NCBI GenBank assembly: GCA_964413875.1
Contig: CAYPUA010000009.1
Location: 7,289 to 71,288 of the forward strand
DNA from: an uncultured Bdellovibrionales bacterium
Lineage (GTDB): Bacteria; Bdellovibrionota_C; UBA2361; OMII01
Direction: 5' to 3'
Length of the DNA stretch: 64,000 bases
Position numbers and translations under genes: made by a program. The notes beneath the pieces are model-generated. The model searched no databases and had not been told where the DNA came from. It was given only the letters and a program-made list of their open reading frames with translations. Below are positions 8,799 through 17,666 of this stretch, one piece after another (the first letter of the stretch is position 1; every line of letters starts with the position of its first letter).

Positions 8799-10038
8799 GG
8801 CCTACGCTATTGCGACGACGTTGGCAGCTCCGGTCGTTGCGACGGTGCTGCTCGCGTTTAGACGCGGGCGTGTGCGCTTTAGGGAGCGCCTGGGAGGCTG
8901 GGGCTCAATACCGGGCGCTCCATGGTGGTTCCACGGCGCCTCAGTTGGAGAGGTGCAAGGGCTCTCTCCAGTCTTGCGCCTGCTCAAGCAGGAGAAGCCT
9001 GCCGAGCAGGTGCTCCTCACATGCACCTCTCCAACAGGGTTGGAGCGGGGAAACAGCTTGGCTGACTTCACGCGGCTCATACCTATTGATGCCCCGTTCC
9101 TCGTTCGGCGCGCGCTTCGGGCGGTGACGCCGAAATACTTTGTCATCGCTGAAACGGAGCTGTGGCCAGAGCTAATGCGGCAAGCGCTTGAGCAGAAGGT
9201 CCCGATTTCGATCGTCAATGGAAGGATCTCTGATTACACTGAGGGGTGGTACTCCCGGTTTGGGGCGCTCTTCTGGCCGCTCGTTTCGCAGTGCAGCCTG
9301 ATCTGTGTGCCAGACGAGCAGCAGCGTGAGCGCTTCGTGGCGCTCGGCGCGCCGCCCGAGCGGGTGCATGTGACAGGGCACACAAAGTACGATGTCGCAC
9401 CGAGATTCTCTGCTCAGGATGCGCGCGAGCGTTGCCGTGCTTCGCTCTTTGGCGACCTCTCTGCTAGTTCTCGAATCCTCGTTCTTGGCAGCGTGCGCCC
9501 GGATGAAGAGCCGTGGTGGCTCGATGCGTGTGCTGAGGCGTGGAGCGCCGGGCATGATCTTAGGCTAGTGGTTGTGCCACGGCACCAGGAGAAGTTCTCG
9601 CTGTTCGCATCACGGCTCAAGGGACGCTCAATCGATTTCGTCAGGTGGAGCGATCTAGGCTCGGGCGAGCCTGCGCGGGGACGCGTTATCTTGGTGGACG
9701 CCATGGGAGAGCTTGAGGGTTGTTACGCCGCAGCAGACCTCGCCTTTGTTGGCGCCACGCTCGTTGATGTGGGTGGGCACAATCCGCTTGAGCCAGCGAT
9801 GTACGGTGTGCCCGTAGTAGTAGGGCCGCATATTGCGGTGATTCGCGGAATCGTCGAAGAGTTGCGCAGCTCGCGGGGCGTTATCGAGGTTTCGAGCGCG
9901 CAGGAGATCTCCGGCGTAGTGAGGCAGATGTTCTCCGGTTCTGGAGAGCTGGCAGAGACGGGTGCTCGAGGAAAAGCTGTGTGGCAGCGGCATCTAGGCT
10001 CAGCTCAACGTGTGCTTCGGCTTCTGGAAGGGGTGTAA
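8755..10038 (+). CDS. waaA: 3-deoxy-D-manno-octulosonic acid (Kdo) transferase
   Basis: WWFHGASVGEVQGLSPVL matches the WaaA/KdtA WxHxASVGE block. C-terminal GT-B fold glycosyltransferase region. AGGAAG RBS before ATG 8755; an alternative ATG lies at 8788. Confidence 0.85.
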   Translation: MSSQSKRTGTGMLAKAYAIATTLAAPVVATVLLAFRRGRVRFRERLGGWGSIPGAPWWFHGASVGEVQGLSPVLRLLKQEKPAEQVLLTCTSPTGLERGNSLADFTRLIPIDAPFLVRRALRAVTPKYFVIAETELWPELMRQALEQKVPISIVNGRISDYTEGWYSRFGALFWPLVSQCSLICVPDEQQRERFVALGAPPERVHVTGHTKYDVAPRFSAQDARERCRASLFGDLSASSRILVLGSVRPDEEPWWLDACAEAWSAGHDLRLVVVPRHQEKFSLFASRLKGRSIDFVRWSDLGSGEPARGRVILVDAMGELEGCYAAADLAFVGATLVDVGGHNPLEPAMYGVPVVVGPHIAVIRGIVEELRSSRGVIEVSSAQEISGVVRQMFSGSGELAETGARGKAVWQRHLGSAQRVLRLLEGV

Positions 10039-10042
10039 GCAG

Positions 10043-11077
10043 ATGGGACTGCTCTCAAAAGCCGCTTCAGTTCTGTACGGTGGCGTTGTGGCGGCCCGAG
10101 GTGCCCTGTACGACACGGGTGTGCTGCGAGCCTACACGTCGAAGCTGCCGGTCATCAGTGTTGGCAACGTGACTGCTGGCGGAAACGGCAAGACGCCGTT
10201 GTGCCTCTACCTCGTGGAGGAGCTTCGTTCGCGGGGGATGAAGCCAGTAATCCTGTCGCGCGGCTACGGCGGCTCTGAGAAGGGGCCGTACCGCGTGCAG
10301 CTCTCGGATTCGCCAAGCAGGGTCGGGGACGAGCCGCTGCTCATGGCGCAAGCAGAAGTGGCGCCCGTCTACATCGCACGTTCGCGCGCAAGAGGAGCCA
10401 GGCAGATTGAGAGTGACCAAGCTGGCGACGTGATTGTTCTCGATGACGGCTTTCAGCACCGAGCCTTGGCGCGAAACGTGGACATAGTGTCAATCTTTGC
10501 TGGAGCACCGGAGGCTGTTGAGGCGTTTGTCGCTGGGCGCCTTTTGCCTGACGGGCTGTTCAGGGAGCCACGGGACCGGGCGCTCCGTCGTGCCAGCATG
10601 TTTGTCGTCTCAGAGCGACGAGTCGCCGAGAGCCAAGAGATGCTCCCACCCCTCGACGAGCGGCTGCTTAAAATCCTTCCGGCAGGCATTAGCGTCTACC
10701 GCGCATACTTTGAGGCAGTCGGGGTGCGATGGCTTGATTCGGGTGAGCCGCTCGCGCCACAAACAATTGGAGCGTTTGCCGCGATCGCAAATCCTGAGAC
10801 CTTCTTCGACTCCTTAGTGCGACTTGGATTTGCCCTCAGTGAGCGTCAGTCGTTCGCCGATCATCACGCATTCTCGGAGCGAGAGATGCGTGAACTCTCT
10901 GCCCGTAATCCAGGGCTGCCGCTCGTTTGCACCCAGAAGGATGCGGTAAAGCTTGTCGCCATGTCGCCGGACCTTCGTAGCCGAATTGCGGTGCTTGGGG
11001 TGAAGCTCAAAGTCGTTCCCGCGGATGCGTTTATGGTTCAGGTGCAGCGCAAACTTCTCGGAGGCATGGCGAGCTAA
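10043..11077 (+). CDS. lpxK: Tetraacyldisaccharide 4'-kinase
   Basis: P-loop VISVGNVTAGGNGKTP and N-terminus MGLLSKAASVLYGGVVAARGALYDTG typical of LpxK. The track ORF begins at 10010 inside waaA; ATG 10043 is preferred. Confidence 0.85.
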   Translation: MGLLSKAASVLYGGVVAARGALYDTGVLRAYTSKLPVISVGNVTAGGNGKTPLCLYLVEELRSRGMKPVILSRGYGGSEKGPYRVQLSDSPSRVGDEPLLMAQAEVAPVYIARSRARGARQIESDQAGDVIVLDDGFQHRALARNVDIVSIFAGAPEAVEAFVAGRLLPDGLFREPRDRALRRASMFVVSERRVAESQEMLPPLDERLLKILPAGISVYRAYFEAVGVRWLDSGEPLAPQTIGAFAAIANPETFFDSLVRLGFALSERQSFADHHAFSEREMRELSARNPGLPLVCTQKDAVKLVAMSPDLRSRIAVLGVKLKVVPADAFMVQVQRKLLGGMAS

Positions 11078-11230
11078 AGCTTCTTCTTTTCGCGCAACGT
11101 AGCCTCGTCCCGTACGGCTCCCCTCTTGTGGAATTCTGCCTCCCCCAAGAGAGCTGCCTTTGATGCTTATTGCACACTACGGTCGGGCCTCTCTATAGTC
11201 AGGGCGCACGCTCGTTGTATCCTGTTCGCT

Positions 11231-13096
11231 ATGCCGTCAAACTCGACCGTAAACCGCCTAGACCTCCTGCGCCGCCAGGTTGCCCACGCGCCCGAGGCGC
11301 CGGGGGTGTACCTGATGCGCGACGAGCACCAGTCGGTGATATACGTCGGCAAGGCGAAGGACCTCCGGGCGCGGCTTCGCACCTACTTCGGCAGCGGCGG
11401 AGATGGACGGTTCCAGATCGGGTACTTGCTGCAGCGAGTTGCCTCTTTCGAAACAGTGGTTACCCAAACCGAGGAGCAGGCGTTCCTGCTGGAACGAGAC
11501 CTGATCGGAAAGTACAAGCCGCGCTACAATATTCGGCTCAAGGACGACAAGGCCTACCTTTCCATCCGGGTCGATGAGCGCGCTGAGTGGCCGATGCTTG
11601 AGACGGTCCGCCGACCGGAAAACGATGGGGCGAGCTACTACGGCCCATTCGCCTTCAGCACTGAGCTGAGAAACGTGCTTGAGGTCATAAAAAAAGTTGT
11701 GCCCCTTCGTTCCTGCTCCGACTCTGTGCTCTACAATCGTCAGCGGCCGTGCCTTGAATTCCAGATCAAGCGATGCTGCGCGCCGTGCTGCGAGCCGGTG
11801 TCGCGGGAGGAGTACCTGGAGCTGGTGAAGCAAGCGGTAGCGATTCTTCAGGGCAAGACGAAGGGAGTTCTGTCGATGCTCACCCAAAAAATGGAGGCAG
11901 CATCTGAGGCGCTTCGATTTGAGGAAGCGGCAGCGTGGCGCGACCGAATCGAGACGCTTGAGCGCTTCCAATCGGGGCATTCGCTGATCTCGTTCCGTGG
12001 AGAGAGTCGGGATGTGTTCGGGTTGGTGCGCGAAGGGGTCCAGGCTGCACTTTGCGTGCTGTTGGTGCGCAACGGCCGCATTGCTGAGACGAAAACCTTT
12101 ATTCTAGAGGATGTTCAGCTCTCAGATGACGAGGCCCTGGAGTCGGCGCTGCAACAGTTCTACGAGGGAGGAAGAGAGATTCCTCCGGAGATCCTGGTTC
12201 CGCGCGAGCTTGAGAATGCAACCCTGATCCAAGCTGGATTGGCGGTGCGACGTGGCGGAAAGCTTGAGGTGCTCTGCCCACAACGGGGTTCGAAGGCACG
12301 GCTCATTTCGATGGCTGAGCTGAATGCTCGACACGCTTTTGAGGGGTCGCGCACGCAGGAATCGCGCTGGGAGGAAGTTTCAAGGGGCCTGGCGCAAGCA
12401 GTTGGGCTCAAGCAGATGCCTCGCCGCGTGGAGTGTGTTGACATTTCGAACTTCCAGGGGAGTGACACTGTCGGTGCGATAGTAGCCTTCTTCGATGGCA
12501 TAGCGGACAAGGCTGCGTATCGCCGCTACAAGGTGGCTCAGGAAGGAAAGCCCAACGACTTCGCATCGATCTATGAAGTTGTGTCACGCCGAATCAGGCG
12601 CGGGGTAGAGGATGGCGACATGCCCGACCTGCTAGTTATAGACGGTGGAGCGGGGCAGCTTTCGATGGCCTTGAAAGCTCGCGAGGACTTGCGTGCCTCC
12701 GTGGATATTGTCGCGCTGGCAAAGATGCGAACTGAGGGCGAAGCTCTTTCACAGGAGATTGAGAAGAAGCCGGAGCGACTGTTTGTCCCAGGGCGTGAGG
12801 ATTCTCTTCCGCTGAACGAAGGCGATGCGGTTACTCGCTTCTTGGTTCGAATACGCGATGAGGTGCACAGATTTGTCATCACTTTTCACCGCGACACGCG
12901 CTCTCGCCGCGTCTTCCGGTCAGTGCTCGACACCGTTGCGGGAGTTTCTCCCGAGAGCCGCACCCGGCTCTTAAAGCAATTTCGTTCCGTTGAGGCGATC
13001 CGGCAGGCGCCACCAGAAGAGGTAGCCAAAGTAGGCCGAATCCCGCTTGCGCTCGCTAAGAAGGTACAAGCGAAGCTCAAGCGCGGTGCAGAGTAG
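11231..13096 (+). CDS. uvrC: Excinuclease ABC subunit C
   Basis: GIY-YIG block (GVYLMRDEHQSVIYVGKAKDLRARL), UvrBC-interaction region, and C-terminal RNase H-like and HhH domains. The track ORF starts at 11126; ATG 11231 (MPSNSTVNRLDLL) fits UvrC length. Confidence 0.9.
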   Translation: MPSNSTVNRLDLLRRQVAHAPEAPGVYLMRDEHQSVIYVGKAKDLRARLRTYFGSGGDGRFQIGYLLQRVASFETVVTQTEEQAFLLERDLIGKYKPRYNIRLKDDKAYLSIRVDERAEWPMLETVRRPENDGASYYGPFAFSTELRNVLEVIKKVVPLRSCSDSVLYNRQRPCLEFQIKRCCAPCCEPVSREEYLELVKQAVAILQGKTKGVLSMLTQKMEAASEALRFEEAAAWRDRIETLERFQSGHSLISFRGESRDVFGLVREGVQAALCVLLVRNGRIAETKTFILEDVQLSDDEALESALQQFYEGGREIPPEILVPRELENATLIQAGLAVRRGGKLEVLCPQRGSKARLISMAELNARHAFEGSRTQESRWEEVSRGLAQAVGLKQMPRRVECVDISNFQGSDTVGAIVAFFDGIADKAAYRRYKVAQEGKPNDFASIYEVVSRRIRRGVEDGDMPDLLVIDGGAGQLSMALKAREDLRASVDIVALAKMRTEGEALSQEIEKKPERLFVPGREDSLPLNEGDAVTRFLVRIRDEVHRFVITFHRDTRSRRVFRSVLDTVAGVSPESRTRLLKQFRSVEAIRQAPPEEVAKVGRIPLALAKKVQAKLKRGAE

Positions 13097-13205
13097 TTGG
13101 CTCCGAGGCACAAAATCGTAGTAGCACCGCAAGGATAGGTCCCTGCCTGTTGGCCTGAAAAGCGGGTAATGACGCGGGGCGGAAGATCTGGTGCATAATA
13201 GGGGT

Positions 13206-13586
13206 ATGAAGACTTTTCGACTCCTTGGGCTGATAGCCTTTGCGGCGGTTTTAGTGGGAGCGCTTGCGGCAGCCGGCCATGCGGAGCGCTTCCGGTACAT
13301 GGATAGCTCCGGCAACATTCGTTTTGCCGAGAGCATCGATCAGGTGCCGAGGCAGTACCGCCAACAGATTTACCCTCCAACTCCCACTCCGGTGCTCGAC
13401 AAGCGGGCGCAGGCCGAGCTTCGTCGCGCCAAGGAGCGTGAGGAGAGTCGCCGAATTCACGAGGAGCGCGAAAAGAGGCGCGAGGCAGAGAGGCGGCGCG
13501 ATAATCTCGAGAAACAGCGTCGTCGAGAGGAGCAAGAGCTTCGGCGTCAGGAAGAGGCGAGCAGCCTAATACGCTCCGGTCGATAG
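13206..13586 (+). CDS. Small secreted protein, DUF4124-like, with Arg/Glu-rich coiled-coil tail
   Basis: Signal peptide MKTFRLLGLIAFAAVLVGALAAAGHA. The RFRYMDSSGNIRFAESIDQVP block resembles DUF4124. The tail is R/E/K-rich. An antisense 241-aa ORF overlaps it but has no features. Confidence 0.5.
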   Translation: MKTFRLLGLIAFAAVLVGALAAAGHAERFRYMDSSGNIRFAESIDQVPRQYRQQIYPPTPTPVLDKRAQAELRRAKEREESRRIHEEREKRREAERRRDNLEKQRRREEQELRRQEEASSLIRSGR

Positions 13587-13874
13587 CCCGCGGTCCCAAG
13601 GGCGACAACACAGGAGCGCAGCAGTTCAGGCACCTGTCCCGTCACGTCGGTAGCGGGCCAACCTCATGGAGCTACGTCGCGGCCATTAGGCTCCTCATTA
13701 AAACAGGCACTTACCGCCGTAACACCCGTTGTCGAACGGCGGCTGAAAGCGTGGTATCCTGGTGTCTGGTCTGCAAAGGGAGCACATGGCGGGGGAGTCA
13801 GCACGCTAACGGCGTGGCAACAGTCCTGTCCCGTACGCTCGCTGCAGGATCTTAGGCGTGCGAAGGCTGTTGTA

Positions 13875-16037
13875 ATGGTTTCGTCCCGGCTCAGAAAGAA
13901 CAAGAAGAAGCTCATGCGGCGCCCAGTTGAGGGCGTCGCACCGACGAGCGTATCCGACGAATTTTTCAATCGCGAACTAAGTTGGCTTGAGTTCAACCGC
14001 CGAGTCCTTGCGCAGGCTCAGTCATCGTCGATGCCGCTTCTTGAGCGGCTAAGGTTTCTCACGATCTTCACCTCCAACCTGGATGAATTCTTTCAGAGCA
14101 GGGTCGGGGGCATTCAGCAGCGCCTTGAGCTCTCCAGTCCGAACTCTCCCTGGAGAGCGGGCTTTGAGCAGCAGCTCAAGGAGATCAGAGGAGCTGTGCT
14201 TGACCTGTGCCGGGTTCAGGACTCGGTGCTCTCTGATCAGCTTCGGCCGGCTCTGCGAGACAACGGCATTCAGCTTTTGAAGTGGCAGGATCTATCGGCA
14301 GGGGAGCGGGCGGTGGCAACGCGGCTCTTCCATGACACGATCTTTCCGGTCCTAACTCCGCTGGCGGTAGACCCGGGGCATCCGTTCCCGTTCATCTCGA
14401 ATCTCTCGCTCTCTCTCGGAGTGCTTCTTAAGCAGCCGGACCATGAGGAAGAGCTGTTCGCGCGAGTCAAGGTTCCAAGCGTGCTTCCGCAATTAGTGAA
14501 AGTCGGTGAGTCCGAGCATGTCAAGGAAGTAAGGGTTATCAGCCTTACGGAGCTCATTCGCCACAACCTTCACGAGCTCTTTCCAGGCATGGAGGTGCAG
14601 GGGGTATTGCCGTTCCGCATCACGCGAAACTCGGAGATTGAGGTCGATCTTGAGGACGGCGAGGACATCGTTGAGCTGATCTCTCAAGGGTTGAAGGAGC
14701 GCAAGTTTGCGTCGGTCGTTCGCCTGGAAGTTGCCCCAAACCCAGACCCCTCAATCCTGCGCTGTCTCATGGAGGAGCTCGCCCTGCAGCCAGAAGACGT
14801 TTTCGTATCGGAGTCCGCCATGGACTACCTGGTGCTCAAGGAGGCCTGCGAGCTCTCAGTGCCTCACCTTAAGTTCGAGGCATGGACACCTATACTGCCG
14901 CCGCAGCTTGCGGACGAGGACACAAATATCTTCACCGCGATGCGGTCTTCTGAGATCGTTGTGCACCATCCGTACGAGTCCTTCAACGCCAGCGTTGAGC
15001 GATTCCTTAGGACTGCGGTGGACGACCCGCGGGTGCTCTCAATAAAAATGACGCTCTACCGCCTCGGTGACCACAGCGCGCTTATTCCCCTTCTCATAAG
15101 AGCGGCCGAGCAGGAGAAGCAGGTAGCGGTTCTGATAGAGGTAAAAGCATCGCTCGATGAGGCGCGCAACATCCGGCATGCGCAGATGCTTGAGGATGCC
15201 GGCGTTCACGTGGTGTACGGCGTGGTAGGGCTAAAGACCCATGCCAAGGTGCTGCTAGTGGCGCGCAGAGAGCACGACGCAACCCGCTGCTACGCACACA
15301 TAGGCACGGGCAACTACAACAGCTCAACGGCGCGCGCGTACACTGACCTAGGACTTTTCACCTGCGATAAAGAGACATGTGACGACCTCGTTGAGCTGTT
15401 CCACTTCCTCACAGGCAGGTCTCTCAAGCGCGACTACTCGCGAGTCTTGGCGGCTCCGGTCTCGATGCGCGACTCCTTCCTCGCAGCGATCGACCACGAG
15501 ATTGAGCTCCACAAGAAGGGGCTCGACACACACATCATCATAAAAGCCAACAGTCTCGAGGATCACGGTGTCTGCCGTGCTCTCATTAAGGCCGCGCAAG
15601 CAGGTGTTCCAGTTGACCTTATTATCAGAGGCATTTGTTGCTTGCGACCGACTGTCATGAAGGGGGCAATTAATCCGCGCGTGATCTCTATCGTTGGCAG
15701 GTTCCTTGAGCACAGCCGCGTGTACTACTTCCGAAACGGAGCCCAAGATCCGCTCGACGGCACGATGTACATTAGCTCGGCCGATCCGATGCACCGCAAC
15801 CTGCACCGTCGGGTCGAAGTGGCAGTGCCGCTGCTAGAGCGGCTCTCCCGTGAAAGAGTTTGGGAGCTGTTGAGCGCGCAGCTCCACGATGCTGTTTCAG
15901 CTTGGGAGCTGCAGCCTGATGGCTCGTACATCCAGCGGCAGCCCGAAGCGGGCCCGGTTTCAATGAGCAGCCAGCAGCTGCTTATGAAGCTGTACCGCGA
16001 CCGCGCCCGCCAAGCGGCGATTCTGGGCCGTGGCTGA
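13875..16037 (+). CDS. ppk: Polyphosphate kinase 1
   Basis: N-terminus FFNRELSWLEFNRRVLAQA and two PLD-like HKD-type regions (…THAKVLLV…). Length 720 aa. Confidence 0.9.
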   Translation: MVSSRLRKNKKKLMRRPVEGVAPTSVSDEFFNRELSWLEFNRRVLAQAQSSSMPLLERLRFLTIFTSNLDEFFQSRVGGIQQRLELSSPNSPWRAGFEQQLKEIRGAVLDLCRVQDSVLSDQLRPALRDNGIQLLKWQDLSAGERAVATRLFHDTIFPVLTPLAVDPGHPFPFISNLSLSLGVLLKQPDHEEELFARVKVPSVLPQLVKVGESEHVKEVRVISLTELIRHNLHELFPGMEVQGVLPFRITRNSEIEVDLEDGEDIVELISQGLKERKFASVVRLEVAPNPDPSILRCLMEELALQPEDVFVSESAMDYLVLKEACELSVPHLKFEAWTPILPPQLADEDTNIFTAMRSSEIVVHHPYESFNASVERFLRTAVDDPRVLSIKMTLYRLGDHSALIPLLIRAAEQEKQVAVLIEVKASLDEARNIRHAQMLEDAGVHVVYGVVGLKTHAKVLLVARREHDATRCYAHIGTGNYNSSTARAYTDLGLFTCDKETCDDLVELFHFLTGRSLKRDYSRVLAAPVSMRDSFLAAIDHEIELHKKGLDTHIIIKANSLEDHGVCRALIKAAQAGVPVDLIIRGICCLRPTVMKGAINPRVISIVGRFLEHSRVYYFRNGAQDPLDGTMYISSADPMHRNLHRRVEVAVPLLERLSRERVWELLSAQLHDAVSAWELQPDGSYIQRQPEAGPVSMSSQQLLMKLYRDRARQAAILGRG

Positions 16038-16040
16038 GCG

Positions 16041-17561
16041 CTAGCGAACCTCAATCTTGAGGGACAGAGCCTCTTCGAGCGCGCTCTTGTGGTGCCCGAG
16101 TCCCCACCGCTCAACGAGGAGAGACTTTGAAGGGGGGAGGCGGAGTAGGAGCCGCTTGCCAGAGAGCCTCAGCTGGACTTTCTTGATTCGCTGAGAGTGC
16201 TCGCGGTCGAGATCTTCAACGAGCCGAATGATGCCAGCGAGGACACGGACGGCCTGCTTCTGCTTCGCGGGCAGTTCCGCAAAATTGTCGTCCTTGTCTG
16301 ATGGCAGAGGCCCTCTATGGTAGCGCACAATGAGGGCCACAAGCCGGCGCTGCTCTGGGGAAAGCCCAACCAAGGCGCTTGCTCGCACCAGGTATGCAGA
16401 GTGCTTCTGATGGTCGGTGCTGTTAATAAAGTAGCCGATGTCATGAAGGAGTGCTGCGGACTCAAGCAGAGTCCGTTGCTCAGCGCCCAGCCGATGAGAG
16501 CGCTTAGTCTGGTCGAAGATCTGAAGCGCCAGCCTAGCTGCGTGCAGGGCGTGCGTCTCGTCGAACTGGTAGCGCCGGCCAAGATCGATGCAGGCCGTCT
16601 TGAGCTGTCCTGCCTGCCGCTTTAGAGCGCTGCGGGAGAGAGATTCCTCGCTCTTTGCATGGAGATCGTACAGCACGCCATCCCTGAGCCCTGTCCTAGG
16701 GATGACAAGGGAGCTTACGCCGACTTCCTCCATCACCCCCCGAACGAGAGTCATGGCTGGCACGATGACATCAGCACGGTCTGGCCGGAGGCCAAGGCGG
16801 TCGATTCGCTGCTGCACGGTCATTGACGAGATGGCTTGCTGGAGCTGCTTCAGCTCTGACCGTCGCAAAGTGCGCGCACTGGCCTGCCCGAGCAGCTCCT
16901 TACGCAGGTCGCCGAGCGTGTCGATGTTGCCGCCAGTTCCAATCAGCCGGGAGATCCTGCCGTGGTGGCGCAACGCCCTGAGCCTCGTTCGCACCCGCCG
17001 GGCGTACTGCCGGATCAGGCGCTCTATCAGCTGCTGGTCTTTCGATGTCCCACGCACAGTCTCAAGGAGCCGAACGGTTCCCATGTTGACGCTCTCCGCG
17101 AAGAGAACGTGACCGCGGTCGATAAAGGAGATCTCGCAGCTCCCGCCGCCAATATCGAGAAGGATGCTTGTGCCTCGCCCGAGCGGAACGATCGTGGAGA
17201 CGGCTTGATACACGAGCCGGGCTTCTTCGTCACCGCTAATTATTTCAATCGATATGCCAGTTGCGCGCTGGACACGCTGAATGAAGTCTCGGCTGTTGGT
17301 GGCGTCTCGTAGCGCGCTGGTCGCGACAGCCCGATAGCGGGTGACCTTAAACTCGTGGAGCATCGTCTCAAACTCGACGAAGGCAGCTACTCCCTGCTCC
17401 ATCACCGTCGGCGTAATTTTCCCCTGACGGAACACGTCGCGCCCGAGCCTGACAGCGGCGCGCGATGTCGCGAGGATCTTTAGCTCTCCTCGGGCGTCGA
17501 ACCGGCCGACCGCCATGCGCATTGCATTTGACCCGACGTCTATTGCAGCAAATGTTGTCAT
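16041..17561 (-). CDS. ppx: Exopolyphosphatase / guanosine pentaphosphate phosphohydrolase (Ppx/GppA) with C-terminal HD domain
   Basis: N-terminus FAAIDVGSNAMRMAV (actin-like ASKHA fold) and C-terminal HDIGYFINSTDHQKHSAY HD motif. Convergent with ppk1 with a 3 bp gap. Confidence 0.85.
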   Translation of the reverse strand: MTTFAAIDVGSNAMRMAVGRFDARGELKILATSRAAVRLGRDVFRQGKITPTVMEQGVAAFVEFETMLHEFKVTRYRAVATSALRDATNSRDFIQRVQRATGISIEIISGDEEARLVYQAVSTIVPLGRGTSILLDIGGGSCEISFIDRGHVLFAESVNMGTVRLLETVRGTSKDQQLIERLIRQYARRVRTRLRALRHHGRISRLIGTGGNIDTLGDLRKELLGQASARTLRRSELKQLQQAISSMTVQQRIDRLGLRPDRADVIVPAMTLVRGVMEEVGVSSLVIPRTGLRDGVLYDLHAKSEESLSRSALKRQAGQLKTACIDLGRRYQFDETHALHAARLALQIFDQTKRSHRLGAEQRTLLESAALLHDIGYFINSTDHQKHSAYLVRASALVGLSPEQRRLVALIVRYHRGPLPSDKDDNFAELPAKQKQAVRVLAGIIRLVEDLDREHSQRIKKVQLRLSGKRLLLRLPPSKSLLVERWGLGHHKSALEEALSLKIEVR

Positions 17562-17666
17562 CGAAATCTCGGCGAAGAGACTGCAGGCAATTCGTTAAAG
17601 CGAGCCGGAAACCAGCATGGACTGGAGACGGCGCTGCTATCGAGTGTTTATCGCAGATTTTAGGGC

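Noticed and set aside
12886-13611. 241-aa minus-strand ORF overlapping the uvrC 3' end and the DUF4124-like gene
   Set aside because: Low-complexity Arg/Ala/Ser composition. The plus-strand alternative has a signal peptide and a recognisable motif.
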